Assembly: GCF_036321535.1 (NCBI RefSeq)
Contig: NC_087438.1
Coordinates: forward strand, 5,892,001-5,956,000
Direction: 5' to 3'
Length of the DNA: 64,000 bases
DNA from: Camelus dromedarius
Lineage: Eukaryota
This document shows positions 23,601-34,835 of this stretch, piece after piece (the stretch's first letter is position 1; each line of letters opens with the position of its first letter). Made by a program: the position numbers and the translations under genes. The notes under the pieces are model-generated. The model had not been told where the DNA came from, did no database searches, and worked only from the letters and a program-made list of their open reading frames with translations.

Positions 23601-25175
23601 TTTCTACGCTGGATGTTATGGAGACATTTGGAAGGAATTACATCCTAAGAGACACATCACTACGGTGTGAATGGAAACAGGAACTGGATTACCCGAACTG
23701 CTGAATGAAACATGCCTAATGAATCTTTCTTTCTGAGCTGCTCTGCCTCTTACAAGCATCTCTCCTCCTGTCAGTCACTCCTAATCCAAAGTGTAAAATC
23801 TTTCTCCTTTTTCACTGTTTGATGATTTTGTCTATTTCCAACATTTCCTGGTTTCCTCCAATTGTTGTTGAAGAAACTTTTATATTATATGGATGAGGAC
23901 TCAAGTAACAGGGACTCCATATCTGCTCACCTACCAGAGCACCCAGGAAAGGCTGCTGATGGCACAGCTCTGGGTTTGCAAACCCTTTGTAGCTGGATTG
24001 TTCAGCCCATCGTTTCAGAGGAGAAAACTTTCAAATTCCTCCCCTGTGAGGAGACTTAATTTAGCACCTTTACTTCTACCACCTTGTTTTAGGTCTTCAT
24101 TACCTCTTCCCTAAATAATTGTTGTAACTTCTTAATTGATTGCCTCACCCATCCTTCTTGTCTTCAAGTTAGAACTGCAAATTATATTGCAAAGGTCTAC
24201 CAAAATAGTATGAGAACAATGACTATCAAACACCTTTAGTGGCCTCCCATGTCTACAAGATGAAATCAAATCTGGCTCTGATATTCTTTTGCACATTTTG
24301 GCTCTGATATGCAATTTCAGCCCATTCTCTCATCACCCTTCAGCCAAGCTGGTCTACTCACCATTTCCTGTCTATCACCTGTGATTGCCCATCTGTTCTT
24401 TCGTTCATCTCATTTCTGTTTCTTAATTTTGGTTTTAGGAATACCCTACTCCCGCTCTTTACAATTTGGGGGATGATTGATCAACATGAGATGCCTACTC
24501 TGCCAGCAGGTGGGATGTTAAGGATGTTGATCTCTGAAAAAATGAACTTTGTAAGTTGGACATGGAAAAATGGCAGCTTCCCACTTGCAATGGGAAGGAT
24601 TTTCCACACAGATATGGTGAATATTATTCCAGGAAACAGAATATGTTTTAATTTTTAATGTTCAAGATTAATGTAAGAAGCTGTTTAAACATTTGCCAGG
24701 GGCTAAGAAAAATAATTTAAAATAATTGATTCAAAAGCCTGCAGAGACATTTGTTTCAAGGCCAGATTCCCTGGCAGACGTCTGGCCACATCTCTGAGGC
24801 TGTGCACCGTCCTGAACACGTGGAGCCGATCATCACGGTCAGATGTGCTTTAAAGGTCAATAAAAACCTGCACCCAGAGGCCTGCTTCACCAGGCTGCTG
24901 TGGAGATTATTGCTGTTTTATCTTATTCCCATAGTTTTTCCCATAGTTACCTGGCTGACTATGTTTTACCTACGCAGTGCAGTTCTTTAAAGAGTGAGAT
25001 GTAGTTGTATGGCTAAGATACAAGATTATTTTAAAAAGCAAAATGCAGAAGTGTGCAGAGTTTGATTTTTTTTTAACTAACAGTTTTTGCATAAAATACT
25101 TTTTCTGGAAGGAGATATTAGAAACCTAGTAGTGGTTAATTTTATGAAGAGAATGAACTTGGAGCTTTTATTTTA

Positions 25176-25197
25176 ATATATATATATATATATATAT
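25176..25197. repeat. (AT)n microsatellite
   Basis: Perfect dinucleotide run of about 11 units. Confidence 0.9.
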
Positions 25198-25269
25198 GAC
25201 TGTTTGAACTTGTAATCATTAACACAGGTAACATTTTTATTAACACTAACATGGTTACCTAATATCTTC

Positions 25270-26260
25270 ATCCAGGCATAGGTTATGCTGAAATAACCCC
25301 AACTTTTTAAGGGCTTCACATCAAAAATGTTTATTTTTTATTCTATGTGGATTGACAGCTCTTGGACCTCCTGGTGGAGGCTCTGCCACCTGGACCACAT
25401 GGCGTTCTCATCCTAGGGGCAGAGGGAAAGAGACTGGATTGGAATCAGCACACCCAGCCAGGAAGCAGTAAGGAGACATGACACTCCTGCTGGCATTCTG
25501 TTGCCCAGTACTAGTTTCAAGACCCAATCCAACTGCAAAGGAGGCTGAGACTTATGAATGTCCTTTAAATAATCCCCAACCTTAGAGACATTATTATGTT
25601 GGACATGTACGTATTGTTTCTGAGACTACTACAGATGGCATAAAAATGTTTCCCGGCAGCACCTCTGACAACTGGCATCTTGCTGTTACTACAATGTAAC
25701 AGTTTCATGTGCTGTGTCCTATTTACCTATTTCAATGAGGATACTTCCATTTCTGGCGTGGCTCCTCATAGTTGCAATATGGCTGCCACATCACTTAGCA
25801 TCATGTCCTCAGGCAACTACATTAAAAGGTAGGAAGTGAAGATATTTTACTTACTAGTTTCTCTTTATCCGCATATTAATAAAGGTTAGGTTCAGCTGTA
25901 TGCATCCAAACACTAAATTTCACAGTGGCTTAAACACACAAGATAAAATATTGTCAGGCTGATGGAGTCAGGGATATTCTTACACTTTTATGACTCTATC
26001 ATAATCCCAGGCTTCTTGCATTGTTATGCTTTGCTATTCTTAGGGTTTGTCTTGCATCATCCCATGGTGCATGGTGGTCACTGGAAACTCAGTAGTTACA
26101 CCTGCTTCATGCAAGCAGGGAGAAGAAAAGAAGCTAATAAAAAGAGACAAAGTTTTGCCCATGTTGTCTTTTGAAGAAGATTCCTAGGAGCATCCACTGA
26201 CTCCTTGCTCGCTTACCACTTTCCAGGACTCAGTGATGTCATACTACCTAATTGGGAGTA
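25270..26260 (-). mobile_element. Cluster of diverged ERVL/MaLR LTR fragments (MLT1/LTR33-like)
   Basis: 'aggttatgctg', 'ctcatagttgcaatatggctgcc', 'ggttaggttcagctg...cacagtggcttaaacac' motifs. Subfamilies and boundaries uncertain. Confidence 0.45.
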
Positions 26261-28479
26261 CATTGGCAACATTGAAAAGTACCATGATGTTTTTGTAAGA
26301 TGCTTAAAAATACTTTCATTTCCTATTTTCAAACATGAACCTGGCCTTTAATGAGAGAATTGTTGGACTATTTGGTGAAGCGGATTCCAGAGTTTTGCCT
26401 TTGTGTTTCTGTGCAACTTCTGGTAATAATACTTACTAACAAATACTGGTTTTGAAATAGAAATTCTAAAGGCTTTCAACAATGAAAAACATACAAGTAA
26501 ACTTAAAAAATTTTAGCAAACATTAAGGATTATATATACCAAAGGCCATAAAAATGTTACAAATAGAGGAAAATCTAAAATACCTTGTGGTTTGTAGTGT
26601 TACTTCACCTAAGGTAAAATCATGTCCTTTGTGTTTCTAGTCATATGAGCTGCTCTCAATAATATCACATTAAAAATCCTCTGACCCACATGTAGCACTG
26701 AGATTGTAGTTTATGAAATACTTAATAGCAATAATAAGATTCACAGAAGATAGATTTAAACAAATTGCTTTGGTGTAACATCAAAGGAAATACTATGTAG
26801 AGCCAAAGTAATTAACTTCTGATTATCAAATTGCAGTAGCATCAAATGAATGTTTACTGAATGCTGTGGAGACAGCATCAATACACAGACAACGAACGCC
26901 AAGAGTGTAAAAGTTCCAGTACATTTACCTTATGTTTCCAGTAACCTCTATCTTTTTTTTTAACTTGCAATGTCAAGATGGTTAGAACCAACCCTCCAAG
27001 ATATGCCGAAGATACTTGCTTTTATCCCAAAGTTTGCACCTAATTACACCGAGGACTAAAGGTGGCAAAAAACCCCCTAAAATCTGGCAAATGCTTGACA
27101 TTATGTGCACATTATTTTTTTTTAACTATTGAGCTTGATTAAACCCAGTGATTGATTATCCCAGTGATCCTGGATCATGATGGTTATGCATTTCTAGTAG
27201 AATCAGGACAAATCTTTTTTTTTCATGTATGCTTTAAAAACAAAATTATACAAAGCAGAATGATTTATCTTTTATAGCTAAAATGTCCACATTCTGTTTT
27301 ATTCTCAATTGTGAGGGGAAAAAAAGGAAATTTCATGTGTATCATTCTTCCCAGACGTTGCTTTTCCAGTGGTTTCCACTGGATAGAACATGGGCTTTTT
27401 GGAGGGCAATGGACTGTGATCATGGTCACTAACTGAACCTTGACCAACTGTCAATAATAATTAGTATCAGTTGGGATAAGCCAAGCTTAGTTTATCAAGA
27501 ATTTACTGCCTAATCCCTGAGAGATGGAGCTAAACGAGCACAGGAGGAGTGAGAGAAGAAGGTCATCATTTTGAAACCCCTTATGAACAACAGTTAGGAC
27601 ACTGCCTGCCAGCAGTGGCTGCCGATAGCATCAGTGAGCAGCTGACCGTCCTCCGGGCGATGGGTACCCCAGGCAGACAGCACTGAAACACACTACTTAA
27701 TTGTAGCATCACTGAAAATGGGATAGAGAGAAATTATTTATCTCCTGATAATGATGCAACTGAGAAGCACTAATGGGACAGGATTTGGGGGATCATCACC
27801 ACCTGACCCACATGGATTGAAAACAGGGCGTTTTCCTAAGGGAGCACCGGACATACCCCCCAATCTATGTCTTTCCAAAAGCACATTTGGGTAGAAATTG
27901 GGAGGAGCTGCATGTTGTGTTGAACCGGAACAGCTCGTCCATGTTTCTGCTCTCTGGGTGACAGACATGTGCCACTTCCTTACCTGAGCATTCGCCTTCA
28001 GAGCAACACAGCCATGACGTACGTGATGAAATTAAAGAGGGGCATAGGCAGGTATAGACCCAACCAAGTTGGTATAAGTTTCGAGAGAATGCAAATGCTG
28101 AACATCTGCAATTGAAATTGACAGACAATAAAGCTTTATTCAGCAAAAGAATCTAATTTTAAAATATGCCTATTTTACATGTAAACCAGTCAAGGGATAG
28201 AGACAGAGACTGAGAGAAGGTTCTCGTGGTTGTAAGGAGTTGGGTCTCCCTTGGATTACTTACAGCAGAGGAGGGGATTAGGAGATATGGCGGCGGGGGT
28301 GGTCAGTGGAGGTGGCAGTAACCCTAAGGACATACGAGGAATTAAGAAATGACCTCATGCCAAGACCTCTTGGAAACTCACAAAGTTGCACAAACAGTTT
28401 CTCTGACACAGTGATCAGCTGTTCAGACAGGCTGCAAAGCACTGAGGAATGTGGTTCAGTGCATCACAACCACTTCAGT

Positions 28480-28790
28480 TTCTTCCTAAAACCCACCAGG
28501 GACTCCCCATTCCACTCAGAATGAAGGGCACATGTTCTGTGGTCTGTCTCTCAGGCCTCATCTCAACCCACTGGCTCCCTCTTCACTCTGCAGTGGCCAC
28601 GGAGAGCTTCCTGCGGGCTTGTCAGTCCCACCCGGGCTCCTGCTCCTGCTGATCCTTCCGCCTGGGAGACCCTTCTCCCAAGTCACCATTCTCTGGCCTC
28701 ACACTCACTCCCCATTTCATAGGTCCCCCTTCCTGGAGAGGACCATCTTGCCGAGGTCTCCTTTCCCCCAGCTCCCACTGTTACACATTT
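28480..28790 (+). mobile_element. L2 fragment
   Basis: 'taaaaccc...ccccattccactcagaatgaa...cactctgcagtggccac' resembles the L2a sense 3' region. Confidence 0.55.
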
Positions 28791-29299
28791 AAGTCTAACG
28801 CTGCTCTCATCTCTAGAGTTTCCAATGGCATTTTCTTCTTAATGGACCTGAAGAAGTGTAATCTTTAAGGGCAGACATTTCATAACTTGAATGAAAAGCA
28901 CAAAAAATGACAAGAACCATTGACTAAGGAGCATGATTGCAGCCTGATTTTGTGCTGGCGGTTGGAGCAGACTGTGCTGATGAGGGCAAACAACACTTGC
29001 TACGTGCATTACAGCCGCTTTTGTGTTTGGCAGCTGGCTAGGGCACGGAAGTGTAAAGCCAACAATGCGGCCAGAAACAATCGCTCCGCAGCGATGAAGA
29101 GTGAAAGGCTGTAGCAGTTCTTGCGTCCTGTGAGGGCTGGGCTCAGCAGAAACTCGCCTGTGCACAGTGCCAGTTAGATTTTAGGGTTAGACAGCTATGG
29201 TTACTGAAAAATTATCATTTCCCACAGAAAACAGCTTTGTTTCTATGAGTTTGAAATTCTCCCCAAACTCGACTTAAAACCACTGATTTTATAATTTTA

Positions 29300-29520
29300 T
29301 TTTTGTGAATTTTTTTTTTTTTTTGCTACAATTTCAAATCACAGAAAAATTTCAAGATTAGTACAGGAACTTTCATACACCTTTTACCCAAAGTCAGGAA
29401 TTGTTTGTTTTGCCCCATTTTCTTTCTCTCTCTCTCTCTCTCATATACATAAATATTTACATTTCTTTTTTGGAACCATTTGAGAGCAATCTGGGGACAT
29501 TCTATACTGTCTCACTAAGC
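29300..29520 (-). mobile_element. L1MC4/5-like 3' end
   Basis: 'tttcaaatcacagaaaaatttcaagattagtaca...cttttaccca...ttttggaaccatttgagag'. Confidence 0.6.
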
Positions 29521-29534
29521 ACCTCCTCCTGTCA

Positions 29535-29925
29535 TGATGCTTTGGTGAGGTGACCCGACCCTCATTCCTGGAGGGTCAGGACTACCGGCAGTCCTGCCTG
29601 CATCAGGTTGTTATAGTTTCCCATCAGCTTTAATCACATACCCGAAAATACCAAAAGACCACGTCCATGACTGCTTTCCAGACTCCCTCCTCCCTACCTG
29701 CATTATGCAGGAGACACCCACTTTCCCTTCAAAGTCAAGATCGTCGCCCAGCCAGCACAGCGACTCTTTTCTTTGCCTGGTGATTCAGAGGCATGAGACA
29801 CTCAAAGTGCCCAAGAGGCAGAGCCAGCCTCCAGTTCCGCGGGATCGTTTGTCACGGCCCCTTGTGAAACCGTTCCTCCCTTTGGACTTAAGACCTCTAA
29901 ACAGCCAGACCTAAAATCACAGCCA
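29535..29925 (-). pseudogene. ERVL internal fragment: decayed dUTPase domain (3' end of ERV-L pol)
   Basis: Minus-strand translation with frameshifts: FRSGCLEVLSPKGG../IPRNWRLALPLGHFECLMPLNHQAKKRVAVLAG../LLHNAGREEGVW../VIKADGKL*QPDAGRTAGSPDPPGMRV. This parallels the HERV-L dUTPase sequence LEVLVPEGG..IPLNWKLRLPPGHFGLLLPLSQQAKKGVTVLAG..LLHNGGKEEYAW. Confidence 0.8.
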
Positions 29926-30584
29926 GCCAGGCAGATAGACCAGGGCTGAAGTCACATTAAGGATCACTTTTTTCTGTATAAGGTACAGTGATGTATGTCA
30001 GGGTGTGTTGATGTATAATGGTAATGACATTTTCAGAGAGGTGAACCCAAAGGAAGGCAGCTCTGAGTTGCAAAAAGCTACATGTCAAGCAGTGATTAAA
30101 ATTAGTGGCTGCCGTTTGCAGTCAGAGACATCAATCCTAATGGCTGTAAGATCCTCCTTCCAGGAAATGGTTAAGAGCTCTGCCAGGGGAGTCCCCGCCA
30201 GGAGCCCCTGAGTGAAGGGTACTATATTATTTTTGACACATGTCCCCCAGGCAGTCTTTAGACAATCAAGAAACCCAGTGAATAAACTGTAGGGAATTTT
30301 TTCTACAGACTAGAGTTCTGTTTTTTCTTATTTTTAATCCTTCCATTTATTTTCATTTTTAACAGAAACTTGTGTGTTTCTACTTACCAGATAGAACAGG
30401 CAGAAATGATTGACGCTTCAGTAGTAACAGTACTTTCTGAAATAACAAGTAAAACTTTATCGTTCTACAAAAAAAAAGTATTGGGGATGATCACAGTGAA
30501 TCTGGGTGGTCCCGAGAAAGAGATACAGAAGTTTATGTGGTTTAGAAAATGCACCCAGAGGTCTTGAGAATTGTTATTTTTACA

Positions 30585-31050
30585 TTGAATTTTTAATTTG
30601 GATAACTGTAGATCTGCATGCAGCTGAAAGAAGTAATCCGTAAGTATCCCATGAACCCTTTGCTCAGGCTCTCCCAGTGGTAAACATCATGTACGTGTGA
30701 TTATGTAAGTTATCATAACCAAGTTATTAACAGTGCTATAAGTCATTGATCTTCAGATTTTCTTAGTGTTATATGTACTTGTGTGTGTGCGCACATGCAT
30801 GTATATTTTAGTTCTACACAATTTTAACATGTGTGCAATTTGTGTATCTGTATCACAGTCAAGATTCTAAACCGTTCCATCGTGATAAGACTTGGTCATA
30901 TTACCTTTAATAACGCCTCCACCATCATCCCCAACGTGTGATAATCAGTGATCTACTTTATATTTCTAGAATTTTGCCATTTCAAAACAAGTAACGTACA
31001 TGAAATCACGTGGTATGTAACATGCTGGGATTGGCATTTTTCATTCAGCA
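30585..31050 (-). mobile_element. L1MC/MD-type 3' UTR
   Basis: 'ttggataactgtagatctgcatgcag...ccctttgctcag...cccagtggtaaacatc'. Confidence 0.7.
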
Positions 31051-31051
31051 C

Positions 31052-31445
31052 AATGTAGTCTAATCACACAGTGAAATATTCAGCCTTATAAAGGAAGAAC
31101 ATTCTGACACATACTACAACATGGATCAACGTTGAGGACAACATGTTAACTGAAATAAGCCAGTTACTGATAGACAAATGCTGTATCCTTCCACTTAAAT
31201 GAGGTGTCTACAGTAGTCAGGTTCACAGAAACAGAAAGTAAAATGTTGGTGTCAGGGGCTGGGACCAGGGAAATAGGCAGCTGTCATTTAATGGATCTAG
31301 AGTTTCAGTTTTGCAGAATAAAACAGTTCTGGAAATTGGTTGCACGACAATGTGAAGATTCTTAATACTATTAACCTGTACACTTAGAATTGATTAAGAT
31401 GGTTAACTGTATTATGTGTTTTTACCACAATTAAAAAATAATAAA
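31052..31445 (+). mobile_element. L1MB-type 3' end
   Basis: 'cattctgacacatactacaacatgga...agagtttcagttttgca...ttttaccacaattaaaaa'. Confidence 0.8.
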
Positions 31446-31459
31446 AATCATTTAAACAT

Positions 31460-32000
31460 GTAAAGAAGAACTAATACCTATTTTTTCAACCAAAAAAATT
31501 GAAGAGGAGGCAACATTCTCAAATTCATTCTTTGAGGCCATTACCCTAATACCAAAACCAGACAAAGACAGTACGATCTGAAAAATCTAGACTGTGATTC
31601 CAACGACATGACACTCTGGAAGAAGCAAATTAAAGAGACAATAAAAATATTAGTAGTTGCCAGGGGTTGGAGGTGGAGGGTGAAAGATGAATTGTTAGAA
31701 CACAGATTATATTAGTGAAGTGAAAATAGCTTATCTGATACTATAATAATGGGTACATGTCATTGCACATTTGTCCGAATCCATGGAATGTACAACACCA
31801 AGAGCGAATCTTAATGTAAACTGTGGTCTGTGGGTAATTATGGTGTGTCAGTGTAGGTTCATCAGTTGTAACAAAGGCACCACTCTTGGGGATGTTGTTA
31901 GCGAGGGAAGCCAAGTGAGGGAGGGAACAGGAGGTAATCTCCGTGCCTTCCCCTCAATTTTGCTATGAACCTAAAAATGCCTTAAAAATAAAGTCTTCAA
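31460..32000 (+). mobile_element. L1 ORF2 scrap plus L1MC1-like 3' UTR
   Basis: 'attaccctaataccaaaaccagacaaagac', then 'aatgtacaacaccaagag...tgtcagtgtaggttcatcagttgtaacaaa...gaacctaaaa...aataaagtc'. Confidence 0.8.
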
Positions 32001-33181
32001 ATAATGTAGAATTCACATACAAAGAAAAGACTCTAATGAGTTCAAAAGAACATGAGCAGATAGCAGTGGGGAGAAGTGGGGGGGGGAATGCATGAAAGCT
32101 GAAAGAGAGCAAGGACAAAGGCATGAGAAACAAGAGGCAAGTTCCAGCTAGAAGACCAGCTTGGAGAAGACACATCTTTAACCCAGTTAATCTGTAAAAT
32201 ATAGCTCTGATCTTGAGTCAGATTTTCTTTCATTGGCCCCACCAGGGGACAGACTGTATCCTTACTTCCCTCCCTCTCTGTCTTCATGTTCATAAAGCCT
32301 TCTCGTATCCTAAATGATCACAGCCGTCTATGACAACTTTCTCCAGGTCCTTCATTAGAACCCAACTATTATCATCCTGATACAAATGGGAATGACAGTG
32401 CATTTGTATGCACCAGTCTGTGGCTTATGCAGAAGTGAATGCCATACACACCTCTAAGCTGCTATTATCTCCAAGACCAGCCTCCTTACAATGCCTAGAT
32501 AACTCGACGAGCCTTCATTTTTGTAGCTGACTTTGGACGTGTTCCAAGCTATGTTCTGGGACTCAGCAAAGACTCTTATCTGCTTGTTGAAAAGGCCTGG
32601 TGAGCTGGATAGGAAAACTCAGATCAAACACAGCTGGGGACAAAGAGCTACCGAGCAGAGAGGCTATCTCAGCAAGCTGACCATTAAAAAAAAAACAACA
32701 AACTAAACACCGCAGTGACGGACTGTGATGAAAGACTTCAGGTAAGCTGAACTCTTCTCTTAAGAAAATAGCCATAACATATACGAAGTAGTTGCAGAAA
32801 AAATTTTTTTAAAAAGAAAAGGTAAGATAATTGACGTTTTCCTCTTCTGTACTAGTAATACAATAAGAATAATGCAACCTCTACATGGTGAGTTAGCCGT
32901 TTCACTGAAATCTAAAGCTGAAACAGTTTCAAAATAGGAATGGAAGAGGATTCCTAAATACGATCTCCCTTCTAGCTGGGATCCAGAATAAGGAAAAAGC
33001 AGATTAGCAAAAAGTGAAACCTTCATCATTAGGGCTGGTTTCACAGTCTCTGTAAACGTTGGAACTAATGGGAAAAAAATATGAGGAGAGAATATTTATT
33101 TATTTAATGAATAACATACCACCTTTCTCTTTGTCCCTAAAATGGAATAGTGTATAGTTTTATACCCTTCATTCCATTAAT

Positions 33182-33347
33182 CAGTGGTACCAGGCTACCA
33201 ACAGCATCTCTTGGAACTTGTTAAAAATGGAAATTCTCTGCCTCCACCCCAGGCCTACCGAACCTGAAACTTAGGGGAGGGTCTCGGCAATATGTGTTAA
33301 CAAGCCCCCAGGTATATCTGATACCTGCTAAAGTTTGAGATCTGCTG
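33182..33347. mobile_element. MER5A-like hAT-Charlie MITE
   Basis: 'cagcatctcttggaacttgttaaaaatg...ccaccccaggcctac...ttaacaagccccc...aaagtttgaga'. Confidence 0.75.
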
Positions 33348-33823
33348 CCCTAAATCATGCCCATATTCCATTTTTAAGCCTTTCTGAAGATTGTGTAAGA
33401 GAGAAAATACTGTATAACTGGACTTGATGCGTTTGTAATTCACACTCTGAGAGACGTTCTGCTGCTCTCACTTGTCTGGAGCTGGGACTCGGGGGTCATG
33501 CTGACACCTCCCTCTCTGTAGGAATACTGGCATTTGCACAGTGATGTCTTGGAAGACCTTTCAAGCAATAAAGAAAGGAGTGTGAAAAGTAAGAGGGAGT
33601 TTGATCGCCCCGGATCATCCCATTGTCCAGAGTCAAGAGAATTTTCCAGGACTTTTCTCTGAGGCTCAACCTCTTCACTGAGCAGTGGGACGAGAGAGAT
33701 CATTTTAATTCAATACAGACTAACACAACATAAATTCAAAGACGATGTTAGCCCTCTGGTTGACAGGCTTGTGATTGGAAAGTATCTCAGGGACTAATGT
33801 TCGTCATGGTGACACTGTATATA

Positions 33824-34028
33824 CAGTTGCCCCTGGCATCCAGGGAGATTGGTTCCAGGACCCCTGCAGGTACCAAAATTCGTGGATGCTCAAGTCCCTT
33901 AATATAAAGTAATGTAGTAGAGTCAGCCCTCTGCATCTGCTGGTTTTGCATCCAAGCATTCATCCAACCTCAGATGGATTTTCGGATCAAGTTGCAACTG
34001 CAAAAACTGCCAATAGGAGGGCTGGCTC
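33824..34028 (+). mobile_element. MER2-family Tigger MITE (short form)
   Basis: TA|CAGTTGCCCCT start, 'gattggttccaggacccc...accaaaattcgtggatgctcaagtccctt', TA at the right end. Confidence 0.75.
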
Positions 34029-34501
34029 TATACACTACTTTCCTATTTGTGACTTTTAATGATTTTCCCATAATTTCCTGTCAAGAGTTTTGATTCTGGG
34101 AGTTTTTCTCTATCTCCACTCCTCCTATAATTTTCCAATATATTTCAGTTTACTTAAAAATTTTTAAAAGTCTTTTTTTTTTGCACTTTGTGAGAGCACC
34201 TTAATTTAGTATTCTTTTAAAATTAAGATTTATTTCATACACTATAAAGTAGTCCTTCTAAAGTGTACAGTTCAGTGGATGTTATCATATCCAGAAAGTT
34301 GTGTAGCCATCACCACTAATTCTGTAACTGGGGAAGGCAGTAGTTTCCTTTTCTTTTATTCCTGTGAAACATGTTGCTTGTCTTTAGAGTCCTCATGAGG
34401 AAGCTTCAGAGAGTGGAGTGAAGTCGGGTCCACGTGAGAGCACCTTGGTTATAGACTCTGAGAAGCACGCTAGCGTCAGCCAGAGAGTAACTTGAGTTTT
34501 A

Positions 34502-34835
34502 CATCAACCCTCTGAATTCACGGGATTTGCATCCAGGGACTCAACCAACCACAGATCCAGCATATTTGGGAAAAATTTTTCAGAAATTTCCAAAAAGCAA
34601 AACTTGATTTTGCCACATTTACATAGCATTTACATTTGTATTTACAACTATTCACATAGCATTTTTATTTATGAATGTATTATTGATAACCTGGAGATGA
34701 TTTAAGGTATATGGGAGGATGTGTGTAGATGACACTAAATACTACACCATTTTATAGGAGGGACTTGGGCAGCATGGGTTTTGGTATCCACGGGCATCCT
34801 GGAACCAATCCCTTGAGGATACCAAAGGACCACTG
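34502..34835 (-). mobile_element. MER2-family Tigger MITE
   Basis: Flanked by TA; 'agggacttg...ttttggtatccacggg...cctggaaccaatccc...gataccaaaggaccactg|ta'. Confidence 0.8.

Noticed and set aside
32238..32255. CTCF-like CCACCAGGGGACAG (similar partial matches near 35205, 60223, 61560)
   Set aside because: Mismatches at informative positions; cannot be told from chance without matrix scoring.
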